From Octopus vulgaris (taxonomy: Eukaryota), in the NCBI GenBank assembly GCA_951406725.2, contig OX597830.1:73036001-73100000 (forward strand): a DNA stretch of 64,000 nucleotides, written 5' to 3'. The translations under genes were made by a program, and so were the position numbers. Below are positions 12,959 through 28,113 of the stretch, piece after piece (positions within the stretch are counted from its first letter, which is position 1; each line of letters begins with the position of its first letter). Below the pieces are notes generated by a model. The model was given only the letters and a program-made list of their open reading frames with translations, did no database searches and was not told the origin of the DNA.

Positions 12959-13351
12959 AGATGTTAATTAATGAAAGTTTTTTTAATTTGGTCATAAATT
13001 TAGATCACATTCTGTGAAATTATCTATCATTATTAAGACCTTTGAATCTGCACGAAAGTACCTCTAGATTTCTCAGGCGTTAGTGTTGTCTGTACAATCA
13101 TTTGTCTTCGAATTACTGTCAAAATCAATCTATCTAACCAGTATTACAAAGTCACATCCCGTATAGTATTGTTTTGTCTAGTGTTCTAATTGAGGTATTA
13201 TGGTATATCAAATATTGATTCTACGCAGTACTTCAAAGTTATTGAGAAAGCTGTTGTCGCTGTTGTTTCACGTTGTTGCTTTTCTGCGACAAATCGTCTT
13301 TGTTGGAACCTTTCGTACCGTACAGTATGTCCAGGTTCACATTATCTAATG

Positions 13352-13507
13352 CAGTTGTTCTCAACCTTTGGTCTGCGGACAACTAGTGGTCCACAAAGGT
13401 AGTACTGGGATTCCGTGATAATGTTAAGCTGACAGACATTTTCTGTATCATGGGGTTCGTGGGAAAATAAAAGGGGTCCTTTGAAGTAACAAGTTTGGAA
13501 ACCACTG
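13352..13507. mobile_element. hAT/Charlie-like MITE
   Basis: Imperfect TIRs CAGTTGTTCTCAACC...GTTTGGAAACCACTG; 8-bp TSD ATCTAATG/AACTAATG. Confidence 0.75.
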
Positions 13508-13732
13508 AACTAATGGATCTGAAATTCTAATCTGAGACACATTTGGTTGATATTCCCAGTAATTATTCTTTTTTGTTGCTATCAACCATCACTAAGAAAT
13601 TTAACCATCACTAAGAAATTTAATTTACTTGAATTTTTGAAGAAAATAGGACATGATTCCAATGAATATTTGGCTGTTATTTCTAAAAGCTGTGACCATG
13701 TCATCGGGGCAACATTAAAAGAAATTTACTAA

Positions 13733-13936
13733 TCTTTGACTCTTTTACTTGTTTCAGTCATTTGACTGTGGCCATGCTGGAGCACCGCCTTTAGTCGAGC
13801 AAATCGACCCCAGGACTTATTCTTTGTAAGCCTAGAACTTATTCTATCGGTATATTTTGCCGAACCGCTAAGATACGGGACGTAAACATACCAGCATCGG
13901 CTGTCAAGCGATGTTGGAGGTACAAACACAGACACA

Positions 13937-14028
<92 letters not shown>

Positions 14029-14198
14029 AATATACGGCGGGCTTCTTTCAGTTTCCGTCTACCAAATCCACTCACAAGGCTCTGGTCGGCCCGAGGCTAT
14101 AGTAGAAGACACTTGCCCAAGGTGCCACGCAGTGGGACTGAACCCGGAACCATGTTGTTCGTAGGCAAGCTTCTTACCACACAGCCACTACTACGCCT
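13733..14198 (-). mobile_element. SINE family A, full length
   Basis: tRNA-like head, internal (TA)n(TG)n, 3' region ending GGCGGTGCTCCAGCATGGCCACAGTCAAATGACTGAAACAAGTAAAAGA. Confidence 0.92.
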
Positions 14199-14846
14199 AC
14201 TCCAATTTTTTAAGAAAATATTTCATGACTCCAACGGAGATTTGGCTGTAATTCGTAAAAGATTGAACGACTTTGTGGTAGAGCGTAGCTCCTTTCGTGG
14301 TTGGTAAAGCTCATGGTTTTTTCTTATGTAGTATGTGGCTTTATAAATGACAATATATACTGTTTTCCTTTTGTGTGCATGTATGTTCGTGATGGTGGTG
14401 GTGGTGGTGATAGTGTAGACGGTGTTAGTGAACTGTAGTTGAAAGCCTGAGAGTTTGGCATTGGTTGATAGCCATGTGTAGGTTTTAGAAATTACTAGAG
14501 CATAACCAGATAAATAGACTCTATAACTTGTTGGTTAAGGCTAAGAAAAATGTTTATTTTCCTTTTTTTCAAAACAAAAAAAAACAAACAAATAAGTAAA
14601 TGACAACTAGTGACTTACAAGCGAAGCAATAAATCTTGGATCTTGTTAAATGGCCAAACAAGCTTTTCGGATATTTTTTCCTTTCTTAAAGACGTACAGT
14701 ATTCTCTCTACAGAGTGTTTTCGTAGCTCTCTATGATTCTGACATCGACTACTTTCTCCACACACTCAATATTCAATGTAGTTGGTGTATCACCTCTTAT
14801 TCTTTCCATATATAACTATGTATATACATATATATATCTATATATA

Positions 14847-14927
<81 letters not shown>

Positions 14928-15275
14928 TTATATATATATATATAATTTGGAACTATATATATGTATATGTATATGTGCGTGTGTATGTATATGTGGAGGG
15001 TGATTGTGTGTGTATGATGGTGTGTCTGTATATATATGTATATGTATTTAATTTCTTTTCTTCTGTGTTTCTTCTTGTCGGCGTCTTTTCTCATATATCC
15101 ATTCCTTTTCCCCTTCTCTCTTGATGACTCACACACTTTTTCTCCCCCCCCCCTCTCTCTCTCACACTCACACACACACACACAAACGCACGTTCACACA
15201 CACTCTCCCAATCACTCAATAAATTCAACTATCTGTTCATCTCTCTTAATTTCTTTCTGTCCTTCTCTATCTATG

Positions 15276-15351
<76 letters not shown>

Positions 15352-15467
15352 AACACACACGTATATAAACATATATGTATGTATATATAAATATGCGTCT
15401 GTATATGTATTTAGATTTATCCATACAAATACATATACGTTTAAATATATATAGCTATATGTGTATG

Positions 15468-15525
<58 letters not shown>

Positions 15526-15528
<3 letters not shown>

Positions 15529-15830
15529 TGAAGAAGGTCAGGAAGAGCACAACACATCGACAAAAGACAATTTTCCAATCAATTTAATTAGATTCCCACT
15601 CGGGGAAAAAGGTTAGTGTTGATGGTTATAACGTTTCGGATATCATCCATCTTCGGATGAATAAGGAGGCAGAAAATGAAATTGAGAAATTATTGTGAGT
15701 GAAAACATTTTCACGAATAATTGCAATAGGTTGATTCTTGGGGTACTTCAAATATTAGATTAGGGTTTCCTGTACCTTACTTTCAGTATAAACTCGGACT
15801 ATCGCTCTCGACTAAGTCGGATACTTAAAT
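15526..15830 (-). mobile_element. Probable Penelope-like terminal fragment with a hammerhead-like motif
   Basis: Minus strand CCGAAGA-T-GGAT-GAT-ATCC-GAAA-CG-TT at about 15629-15657. Confidence 0.45.
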
Positions 15831-16028
15831 TTCGGATATATTATATACATATATATAAATATACATGTATATACATACATATATATAAATATACATATAT
15901 ACATACATATATATAACTATACATATATACATACATATATATATATACATATATACATATATATACAATATATCTGAATATGTATCTCTCTCACTTTCTT
16001 TCTCTCTTTCACTCTTTCTCTCTTTCTT

Positions 16029-16120
<92 letters not shown>

Positions 16121-16374
16121 CATATATATACATATATATACATATATATACATATATATACATATATATATATATACATACATACACACACATATAAACA
16201 CATAGGCACATGCACATACACACATAAAGTTTCCTGGAGAATGCTCCACCAGCTCTATTCTATATGTATGCATGTGTGTGCGTGTGTGTGTATGCGAGTG
16301 TGTGTGTGTGTGTGTTTATGCGAGTGTGTGTGTGTATGTGCGTGTGTATGCGAGTAGGTATCTGTGTGAGTGTT

Positions 16375-16405
<31 letters not shown>

Positions 16406-16848
16406 CTTTGTCCGTGTATGTGTGTAAATGTTTGTAAATGTTTGTAGAAACAGCGTTAGAAGTTTGAGAAGTCCGTCCGGGCACTCATACATCACGACTT
16501 AAGAAATTCCAGCCTAAAGTTTTATGAGTGAAATTCTTGATGTGACGGAGTTGACACTTTTGAAGTTACCTTCATTACTCTCCTCTCTCTTTCTTTCACT
16601 TTTCATTCATGTACTTCCCTTTCTGTCTTCGTTTCTTTCTTCCTTCTTTCCTTCATTCCTTCCTTCGTTTATTTATCTATTTATTTATTTACTTTTCCAT
16701 CCAAATCTCCCATGCTCCTCTCACTGGAATTAGTAAAGTGATTAAATGTTAGACATTCTTTGCGATATTTACTCATCGTCAGCTTTGACAGCTCGTAAAA
16801 TAAGCGTCACTACGATTATACATACTCACACATACACAGAAAAGAATC

Positions 16849-16887
<39 letters not shown>

Positions 16888-17359
16888 ACACACACATACA
16901 CACACACACACATATACATAATTATTCAAAGGCCCACATGCACACACTATAACACTACACTAGCATATATCTCGATACATAATTTCGTGTATACATATAT
17001 ATATATATATGTATATATATATGTATATATATACATAGATATGGACATATATTATGTAGAGATATTATATGAGCATAAGTACGAGCATTTTATTTACATT
17101 GACTTACTGAGAGAAAATCACACGAAACTACCTATGGTTGCTCACATGTACATACATTATGCGCACGCGTGTGTGTGTGTTTGTGTATGTGTGTGCTTGC
17201 GTGTGTATGTGTGTGTGTATCTGTGTGTGTGTGTGTGTGTGTGGAGCTGAATGAAATTGCTTTAATATATATACATGCAGTATATATGTATATATGTGTG
17301 TGTGTTTGTTTGTTTGTGTCTGTGTGATATGTAATATATAATATATGTGTATATATATA

Positions 17360-17398
<39 letters not shown>

Positions 17399-18194
17399 TG
17401 AATATATAGACTGAGAGATAGATAGAAAGTAAGAAAGAAACAAACAAGGAATGAAAGAAAGACAGAAAGAAAGAACGCAAGAACGAGAGAGGTAGAGACA
17501 GAGACATAGGGGAGAGAAAAGATTAAAAAGAAACGAATGGATAGTTCAAAACATCACTGCACGATATTCAGTGGCGTGGTTTATTATACATGTATATTAT
17601 ATGTAGTTGAATCATATATTATACACACATAGGTGTGTGTGTGCGTTTGTGTTATCAATATCACATTTTTTGTGTATGTGTGTTCTTAAACGCTAAAAGC
17701 GGGAGTATTTCGTCTGAGTGAGGACACTTTAAATACGTATGGCGTTTAAAAAACACAGTATGATACAGAAATAGGCGAAATGAAATCGCCCCGGAAGTGA
17801 ACCAAATCATCTGTCAAAAATGTATTTCACTGATTGCTCATCAATGTCGTGAGGTCGCACCGCTTTCGATGTAAATTCGAATTAGCCTGCTAGAACCGTA
17901 TACGAATATGTCTGAAATCTACTTGCTGATGAGCATCAGAGCTGCACAAGGAAAAGGAAATTCAAATTTTGTAGTACAAGTAGTTCAATAATCTAAGCAT
18001 TATCTCTATTACATACATAAAGCATGTGTCTTATTATACGCTAGAAACTGAGGTATTACATTTATAAGAGGTCTCATCATAGACGTGTTATAAAAAGCAC
18101 AGTATATTTCAAAGATAGGCTAAAGGAAATTGCTCCTCAAGTGCACGAATAAGACACATATCTATATGTTGCAGTTTCTGATGTAAATATTGCT

Positions 18195-18355
18195 CTGGTG
18201 TGGCTCTGTAGTAAGCACCTTGCTTCCTAACCACATGGATACTGGATCAAATCTACTGCGTGGCACCTTGGGCGAGTGTCTTCTACTATAGCCCTGGGCA
18301 GACCGAAGCTTTGTGAGTGGATTTGGTAGGCGGAAACTGAAAATAGCCCGTCGTC

Positions 18356-18356
<1 letters not shown>
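18195..18356 (+). mobile_element. SINE family A, 5' half
   Basis: Match to 727-892, followed by (TA)n(TATG)n. Confidence 0.85.
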
Positions 18357-18441
<85 letters not shown>

Positions 18442-19646
18442 TGTATGTATGTATGTATACAGTTTTATATTTAAGAACTTGTCGATTACATAGCACCATA
18501 TCAAAGTCTGAATATATATGAACTTCATGAGAATGACACAGCAGTGTTTTCTTGTTGTCTTCTACCGGTTAATTTCAATTTATATAGCTAGTCTACTTCC
18601 CTCCTGAGATTACAGTTGAGCTACAGGGCTAATTTAACCATCAGACAATGGAACTAGCTCATATTATATCAGGTCATATCCATACCAATCGTATGACAAA
18701 TATCTATAGCCTAACAAGAAACCAATTCCTGTAAACCTTAACAAAGAGAACATCTATTTCAGACGTACGTGAAGTCTGTCACAAGTTCTAACTTAGGCTT
18801 TAACAGACATAGCAATATTGACGATTATGAGGTAACTCTAAGCTCACCAAATCCTCGGAACTAGAGCCTCACCACGGGATGTAATTTGATGTATTGCTTA
18901 AACAATGATGTAGAGAATCTTATTTATTACCTTCCTCATTATATGAGCGAGTGCCTGTGCGCATATATGTAAGATGTATGCAAGCGTTTGTGTGTGTATA
19001 TATTTATGCGCATTTATTGTGTCTATAGTTATGTCCGTGTCTGCATATAACATTGGACTTCATCTATAAAGAGGACGCTCAAATATGATCATTGTCCATT
19101 TGCAAGGCCATTGAAAACAAATCAGTCTTATATATAAGGTTGTGTACTTTTACGTGTTCTTACACAAGAAAAGATATTCCGAACACATTGCAAGTAACTC
19201 TTTTCGAATATATGTCTACGTGTAAGCGCACACGTGCGTGTTTGTTTGAATGCGAAAATTCCTCTGTGTGTCTACGGATGTTTAAGCCGTCAAGCGAAAC
19301 TTTAAGTCTCATTCAGCTTGAAGTTTTCAATGCATTTTGCTCATATTTTGGCCAATGAAATCATGGATATACGAACAGATAATAATTGAAGCATAACTGG
19401 GTCTGCTTTTATCAGAAGCCTATACAATCAGAACCGACCTGGAGGTATAGCGTTTTGCTTTTTTTTTTTTTTTTTCTTCTGTGTGTCGCCGAAGGATCGT
19501 CTCTTCCAACCTCTCATACACATGTTTTACGGTTAATTAAAAAGATATGAATATATACACACATATACATATACACACAAACACACACACGCACGCACAC
19601 ACACACATACAAATTTATATGTAAGTATGTATGTCTGAAATTTATA

Positions 19647-19702
<56 letters not shown>

Positions 19703-19773
19703 AATATGTGTTTATACACACATATATACTTATGTATAAATATGTATATATGCGTACGTGCACTTCTCTATAT

Positions 19774-19825
<52 letters not shown>

Positions 19826-20232
19826 CGAGGGAGACACACACATGCACACACAAAGATATACTCACAGAGACATATACACATGCTCATGTGTGTGAGTGCA
19901 TGTATGTATGTGTGTAGCGTGGGCCTATGTGTATGTATTTGTTAATATAATTCATTATTTTTAAATCAAAATATACGTTTATCGCAGTGATCCAGCTATA
20001 AATCACATTACATTGGACTTAATAAATAATTTATCATTATTATATTTAATTTCCTTTTCATGCTTCATTATCTGTCTACATAACAAAGTGAAGTATAATA
20101 TAGTGTGAGCATTGTACTTGTTCGGTGGCGACATCTGGTTGTTGTGGGTGTACATTATTTGTGGTAAAATTCGTTTCATGTCTGACATATGACATATGTA
20201 ACCACAGGTAACTTCAAAAAGTAAATGAACTA

Positions 20233-20266
<34 letters not shown>

Positions 20267-20394
20267 TTCACACATATATATGTACATATATATTTATATA
20301 TACATACATACATTTTATATATATATATATATATATATGTATGCATATATATGTATATATAAATATGTATATGTATATACATATACATATAATA

Positions 20395-20721
<327 letters not shown>

Positions 20722-21415
20722 GAATCTGAAATTCATACTTCACAATATATACCTAACGAGATAGTTCTTCGGGACATGTAATAATCCTGTAGTATAAGAA
20801 TTATTGAAATGGTTCTTTTAACTCCCAAATCGATTTGCTTAGACTGGTACTAGAGGATTTATTTCTGTTTCGAAATGTGTTCTCATGGTTAGCAATTCGC
20901 TTCTTTATATAATTCTCCGTAGTAGCTATGTAAAAATAGTTTATACCTTCAGATTCCACTTTTCATCTATATATTTTTTGGCGTGCAACAATTTTTAATT
21001 AAATACTTATCTTTAAATTTGTAATAATAGCCTATATTTTTATTTTTATTTGTATAATTTCAGTCATTTCTGCTCATAGCGTAAGTTTTTTGGTCAAGAC
21101 GGAATACTATGAGGGTTGTTTTCCCTTCTTCATTAGACGGTTTATTAGCACATACTCTATAATTAGAATATTTTATGTTGCCTTGTAAGCTATCGGTACT
21201 CAATTTAACTGTAATATTATATAAACTACATATTTTTTTTATATTTGTATATGTGTAGATAGATATGTATGTGTGTAGATAGGTATAGATATATCCAGAT
21301 ATTCAAAGAGAGAGAGAGAGATGTGTGTGTGGGTGTGTGTCTAGATAAATGTACATATGACTGACGAAAGGTCACGAATGAAGAGGGCGATTTATAGACA
21401 ACCACTAGGCTCGAC

Positions 21416-21469
<54 letters not shown>

Positions 21470-21562
21470 TAAATAAATGGAGTTGAACGCAGATGTTATT
21501 CAAATTCTTTTACTTTCGACATATGTTTCGAAGACAACATTGGTTTTATTCCAAAGGAATTC

Positions 21563-21672
21563 AGGGCTGAGTCCCACTGCGTGCTACATTGGGCAGGTGT
21601 CTTCTATTGTCTCGGGCCGACCAAAGCCTTGTGAGTAGACTTAGTAGTCGGAAGCTGAAAGAAACCCGTCGT
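21563..21672 (+). mobile_element. SINE family A fragment
   Basis: AGTCCCACTGCGTG...GAAAGAAACCCGTCG. Confidence 0.8.
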
Positions 21673-21748
21673 ATATATATATATATAAACACACGCTCAC
21701 ACACACACAAACACATGCACACAACACACACACACATATATATACAAA

Positions 21749-21785
<37 letters not shown>

Positions 21786-22134
21786 ATATATATATAAGTA
21801 TGTACATTTATATAGATACGCATACATGCATGTATTTAGGAATATATGTATGTATATGAGTGTGTTAGTGTGTGTATGTTTCTGTGTATGTGTGTGTGTG
21901 TGTGTGTATAAGTGTGCATGTGTACGCCTGTATGTGTTTGTGTTGTCTGAAATATCAATTTACTCACCAAAAGTCCGCGATATTATTATTAAATAATCAG
22001 ATACACATTTCATATAATTTTCTTTCTCACATTTTCAAACAGTCAATACAGAATTTAACTGAATATTATTACCCCGATATGGGCTCAACCAACTGCCTGA
22101 AAGCAAAAACCATGATAATAATAAATCGTTTGAA

Positions 22135-22330
22135 ATTTTGGCACAAGGATAAAAATTTCGGCGGAGCGGGTAAGACGATTCATCGACTTCAGAACTCAGC
22201 TGGTACTTATTTTATCGACTCAGACAGGATGAAAGTGAAAGTGAATACCGACGGAATTTGAACACGGAACACAAAGACGGACTAAATGACGCTAAACATT
22301 TTGTCCGGTGTTAGTAGTTCTTCCAACTGA
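22135..22330 (-). mobile_element. SINE family B, old copy, tail type 2
   Basis: GGCACAAGG...GGTACTTATTTTATCGAC...GGAATTTGAAC. Confidence 0.75.
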
Positions 22331-22365
22331 TTAATTAATCTAATCAGATACATCGGTGTTTTCGA

Positions 22366-22614
22366 TCTTTACTCTTTCACTTTTTTACATGTTTGAGTCA
22401 TTTGACTGCGGCGATGCTGGAGCACGGCCTTTAGTCGACTTATTCTTTGTAAACATAATACTTATTCTATCGGTCGCTTTTACCGAACCGTTAAGTTACG
22501 GGGACGTAAACGCACTAGCATCGGTTGTCAAGCGATGGTAAAGGCACACAAACACAGACAGACAAACATACACACTCACACACAAACACCGCGCGCGCAC
22601 ACACACACACACAC

Positions 22615-22667
<53 letters not shown>

Positions 22668-22838
22668 TGTATCCGACAGGCTTCTTTCAATTTCCGTCTA
22701 CCAAATCCACTCACAAGGCTTTGGTTGGCCTGAGGCTACAGTAGAAGACACTTGCCCAAGTTTCCACGCACTGGGACTGAACCCGGAACCATGTGGTTGG
22801 TAAGCAACCTACTTCCCACACAGCCACTCCTTCGCCTA
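22366..22838 (-). mobile_element. SINE family A, full length
   Basis: Colinear with 13733-14198. Confidence 0.9.
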
Positions 22839-23554
22839 TGGGAAATAAAGTGAACGTTAAAGGTGTCGCAAGTATGACCACCAATCAGTCTGTTTAGATT
22901 TTAGCAATACATTGTCTAATATATCTTTCCCTTATTTACGACGGTAATACGTGTGATTTTAAGCTGATTAGATACTCTTTTTAGCAGGTTGGAATGACTA
23001 TGTAATTGTCATCGCAAAGATATTAATGCCAAAACCTAACACACCTTCTTCCATCGACAACAGCAAAAGCCAAACTTTCAGGACATTAACTTGCTATTTT
23101 TAGCAAGTCGAAGAACCATATAATGGCTACATTGTTAGCTCGTCTTCATAATGATGGTAATGTCAACATTAAGCGTACTTACTGATCTGAATAACAGCAA
23201 AAGCCAATGTCATGATCTCCATAGTAATTATTTCTCTTTTAAGTGCTATAACGCGTTTTGTAAAGTATTTTAAAGAAACAAGATATCTTCATAAAACCCA
23301 ATCAACTGGGTGACCTTCGTTTGATGATGATTAGATTTTTAATGTCGAAGATCCTTGAGAAATGGTACAAAGTGGACATTGATTGGTTGGGACATTTTAA
23401 GTATCTCTTCAATTTCATTGCGGCCAACCGGAAAGCCTCTATACTGTCAAGAATCGATTACAGAAATAGCAGCCAAATATCTCTCAAGACACACGCGCGC
23501 TTCTATTAACGAATACAAGCACCTATTGTTTATGTAGTCGTAGAAACATTAGTT

Positions 23555-23900
23555 TTTATCTATTCTACCTGGTTTAGTCACTGGAGAGCGATCATGCTGG
23601 AGCAAAACTCTGCAAGATTTAAACGAACGTGTGAATTATAGTACATCATTTTTTAAAAGTCTAGTACTTATCATATCGGTGTTTTTTGTTGAACTGCTAC
23701 ATTACGGAGACATAAACAAAACAACACCAGCTGTGAAGCGGTTCGGGGATAAACTCAAATATATAGACTTGTATACTTGCACACGCGCAAGTACACGTGC
23801 GCGCGCGCACACACACACACACCCATACACACATACAAATACATACACACACACGCACACACTCACACACAGACAGACACATACACATAAACAAACATAC
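23555..23900 (-). mobile_element. SINE family A, degenerate 3' half
   Basis: CATGCTGGAGCA...TAGTACTTA...ACACCAG...(CA)n. Confidence 0.6.
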
Positions 23901-23914
23901 TTAGTGACTGCAGT

Positions 23915-24240
23915 TTTATCATTACGTGTTTCTGCTGCATTGACAAAATAAAGCCAATAAGCTTCCCAACGATGTGTAGGATCTGAAGACCAATTGTACA
24001 CCACATTCATTCAAATGGAGAATCGTGGGGAAAAATCTACGCCGTGTATAAATTGATCAAAGATATCCAAGTTATGTATAGATGAAAGATCACACATTCT
24101 TTTTAGATTCAAGAATTCTACAACACTTTAATTCCAGAACCGAAATTTTTAGCAAATGTAAGGACAAGGACAAATTTCTTTCGTTAAACAGGGGGACACA
24201 CACTCTCCGGTCTGAGTAGGTTTCTCAAAGACGTTAGCCT
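23915..24240 (+). pseudogene. Penelope-like element, decayed C-terminal (GIY-YIG region) fragment
   Basis: Frameshifted translation SFKWRIV...LCIDERSHIL...LNSRTEIFSKCKDKDKFL resembles the KWxI...LCxxEK...LNxRxE..SKCRH end of PLE ORFs. Confidence 0.6.
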
Positions 24241-24582
24241 CATATCCATTATATCATCTGCATCAGCTACAAAAATTAGGATTTCTACACTTGAAGGGGC
24301 CGAAAATCTTGGTTTTTTTCTTTTTCATTTCTTATTGTACACTTTGCATCAACATTCTTCAGTTTTTTCATGTTTTCTTTTTATAGACCAGCGTTCTGGT
24401 TTTCAAATAGTTCTAACAGTATTCACTGAGTCTGGAAAAATGGTTGAAGACACATGGTATTTTATGTGAGCATGTCAAATTATCGTATCCCTAGGCCATC
24501 TTTTTTTTAAATTCTGTATATATTAAATTAGATTTATCTCACGGGCTGGGATACTTTCTTGATTTCAGCTATAGCGGAACAG

Positions 24583-24641
<59 letters not shown>

Positions 24642-25134
24642 GACACAGACACACACTTATAAACTCATATATAGATGTATGTTTAATATCTAAAATAGAC
24701 TGTTAAATGTTAAGTTCCATCCCAATATTCAGAAGTTTATTCATTCAGTGTTCGCTCTTTTCTCAAAAGTACCACTTGTGCAAGTGAAACTCCTTTAATT
24801 TTTATTGAAAATATGACTTACGGCTATTACTTCACATGAACCTATTTCTTTCTTTTCGGCTCTAACTTCGTCTATGTTTGTATTTGATGTGAAACATAGT
24901 CTATAAATGTTAGTGGAGAGAGAACTCAAAATCTGTAACGCTGTTATCACTTTCGTAGGAAATTTAATGGTACTATGCGGGAATGAAACCGCGAAAAAAA
25001 AACTATCTGTCCGGAATCTTATATATAGTTGTTATAGTTTTTCATTGCTGCTTTACCCCCAGGTCTACCATAATCAAGATGTGGCCATCCTCTAATTTGT
25101 TGTTTATAAGACCTCATTATGTAATGCATTCTTT

Positions 25135-25544
25135 GGATCTTTTCGGTTTGAACGGCAGTTTTTTCTAGCGGTGTCATATGAAATTGTCACCCATAATTAT
25201 GACCCTATTATCGATCTATTGCATTTCAATCTGTTTTAGGGTTAAGGGTGGGGGGAAGGGTATTTTTTCTTTACAAATGTAAATAAACCCAATCTATTTC
25301 TTAAAGGAGGGACATATTCATACGGCACGGAATGCTTTTTACCTCAATGGACGTCAATGATTGGTTGAATTTTCAGAAATTGAAGAAGAAAAAAACAACA
25401 AATATCTTACAAACTATAGAATTTTCTCAATAAAGCCAAGAGAAAAAGATGTTTTATAAACACATTCTACCAGTATACGAAGTTTAAAATTTTTTAGTTA
25501 CCTAGAAATTATGTTAAAAGCTGCCGTTCAAACCGAAAATATCC
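25135..25544. mobile_element. Complete MITE, Merlin-like
   Basis: TIRs GGATCTTTTCGGTTTGAACGGCAG / CTGCCGTTCAAACCGAAAATATCC; perfect 8-bp TSD CATTCTTT at 25127-25134 and 25545-25552. Confidence 0.85.
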
Positions 25545-26393
25545 CATTCTTTTATTTGAAGATGAGAATGGGTGAATTGAGGGATTTAGTCACTATTTCT
25601 AGTTAGTAGAGTGCCAACGAAGAAGCACCCTCGCTGGCGCAGTCTCGTTTCTTATTAGCGAAATATTGACCACGGAGGCTCTAAATCAGTTCGATAGGAC
25701 TGTTATGACATCAGAAAAAAAGTGGCAGACATCTTGGTTCTCATTGTGCTGATGGAGAGAAACAACAGAGAGAGTAAATATGTTGATAAGATCATCTGGT
25801 AGCCTGTATGACGCCTCATCGACTAATTTTACACTTGTAATAGTCTAAAGCTACTTTAAACAACATTACTGTTATTAGATTACGCGGGCCTTTTTCAATC
25901 GCTCCAAAACTTACAAAAGATTGCATTGATCCGTAGAAACATATTAGTTCGTTTTACTCCTCGCTACTTAATGCTGTTTTCGGCCATGATGGACGATATG
26001 ATAATGTCGTAAACAGAAGGAGAAGGAAGAAAGAAAGAAACAAACAAAGAAAGAAAGAAAAGAAAAGAAGAAGAAATAAGCGAACAAAATGGTGTAACAT
26101 GTGTGTGTGTGTATGTGTGTATGTGTAAAGGATACCAAGGAAAGAAAAAGGAAAGCAAAAATTAAAACAAAACAAAGACTATGTAAATAGTACGACCTGG
26201 ACGTTTCAATAGAAGATTGAGGCAAAAGATACTCTTTCTTTGATTAACATCACTTGATGAAGATGGTTTTCCTTTCCGTAGAGGATTCTGTTTAAATAAA
26301 GATAATATGGTAGATATATTTCTGTGGTCTCAATCAAACCGCCATAAACACTACAATGATGAAACCAAGTCCATTGTTTAGCTCAAGGAACTT

Positions 26394-26440
<47 letters not shown>

Positions 26441-26639
26441 TTCATTCCTTTGTTTATATCTTCGTCTATTTATTGATTAAAATATCAGGGTGGGGGGTGA
26501 AAGCTTGTGTAAATGTATAAATAGCATTCATTAGTTGATATCATTTCAGGTTCAATTCCCGCTGGCATCGATTTTGGCATTTTTTTTTTATCCACTCTAG
26601 AAATCAATAAAAAAATATTTGCCACAAAACTAATAATTT

Positions 26640-26787
26640 TTATGGAAACGGGAGTCAAATATATCGCTTCCAGTACTCATACTGAAATTTGTTTTATTGA
26701 GATATAAGCGACAAGGATTTGAACGCAGAATGTAATGCCACTAAACATTTTGTCCGGTGCGGTAATGATACTGCCTGCTCAATACAT

Positions 26788-26849
<62 letters not shown>

Positions 26850-27347
26850 CGTAATCCTTTCTAGTTTAGCCACAAGGCCTGAAACTTACGGGAGGGGTTA
26901 AGGCGATCACTTCGACCCCAGTGTTTCACTGGTACTTGATAGTCACTGAAAGAATGGAAGGCAAGGCCAACTTCAGCGGAATTTGACTCAGAAAGTAGCA
27001 ACGTGCGAAATACCGCGAAACATTTCGTCCATCATGCTAACGATTCTGCCAGCTCGTTGTCTTACTAATAATAGTAAGTAATTATTTCCACTAAAGGCAC
27101 AAGGCCTGAAATGTGTGTGAGTGGGGGGGCTAGTCGATTATACGAACCACAGTACGTAACTGGTACTTATTTGAGTACCTAATTGTTTCAAATTTTTGGC
27201 ATAAGACCAGAAATCTCAAGGGAAGTGTTAAGTCGATTTGATCAACTCCCTTGACCTTGGCGAATTTCAACTCAGGACGTAAATACGAACAAAATGCCTC
27301 TAAGTGCCTTACCCGAGGTGCTAACGGTTCTGCCAGCTTGCCGCCTT
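26640..27347 (-). mobile_element. Cluster of 3-4 SINE family B copies or fragments among (TAA)n tracts
   Basis: Repeated GCACAAGGCCTGAAA / GCTAACG(A/G)TTCTGCCAGCT blocks at about 26860-27062, 27085-27170 and 27190-27347. Confidence 0.75.
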
Positions 27348-27484
27348 TGATAATAATAATAATGACGATGATGATGATGATGATGATGATGATAATAATA
27401 ATAATAACAACAATAATAATAATAATAATAACAATAATAATAATAATAATAATAATAATACTGGTGATGATGATGATGATGATG

Positions 27485-27731
27485 TGTAAGATGGAGCACT
27501 GTACAAGGATTTGAGAATGAATGAAACTGAAAAGAATGCATGGACAATTTCATAGGGATGTTGAGAAAAAAAATGGCTATAGATGACTAAAAATGATTTA
27601 AAAACGAAAACGGAGGCTCTAATCTGTGCTACCCAAGAGCAAACATTAAGAACGAATTACATCAAATACAAACTAGACAACGCATCAGAAAGTGATAAGT
27701 GTAGAATTTATGGACAAAATTGTGAAACCGT
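27485..27731 (+). pseudogene. R4/Dong-clade LINE fragment (post-RT to CCHC region)
   Basis: Translation MHGQFHR...DLKTKTEALICATQEQTLRTNYIK...DKCRIYGQNCETV, typical of R4/Dong; begins at a (TAA)n/(TGA)n tract. Confidence 0.8.
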
Positions 27732-27875
27732 CTTCACGTTCGTGAGTTCAAATTCTGCTACGGTCGACATGCTTTTAGGGTCAATAAAATAACTGGCAGT
27801 TGACTGCAGGGGTCGATGTTATCGACTAACGCTCTCCCCAAAACTTTCAGGTCTTGTTGAAAGGCTACTAGAAAG
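27732..27875 (+). mobile_element. SINE family B fragment truncating the Dong piece
   Basis: GAGTTCAAATTC...GGTCGAC...GGGGTCGATG. Confidence 0.7.
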
Positions 27876-28113
27876 GCTAACTTCTAACTGGTTTTTGTTG
27901 TAGCAGAATGTTCAATGCTAATGATTAAAAACTGTGCACGTTTTCTGTGAGAGAGCTCAGTAAACAATGAAATTCTCCATCAGAAAGATCCCTAAACTGT
28001 ATTTTTGTATATCAAAAGCTTGGAATAATTTGTGTTTCCATACTGAATATTTCTATCGTAGCTACATCTATAGGCTTTGTATTTATCTATTCTCTTGCTG
28101 CTTTGATTCACAG

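Noticed and set aside
17920-17965. CTGATGAG as a hammerhead core
   Set aside because: No helix II closing directly onto GAAA and no helix I/III pairing found.
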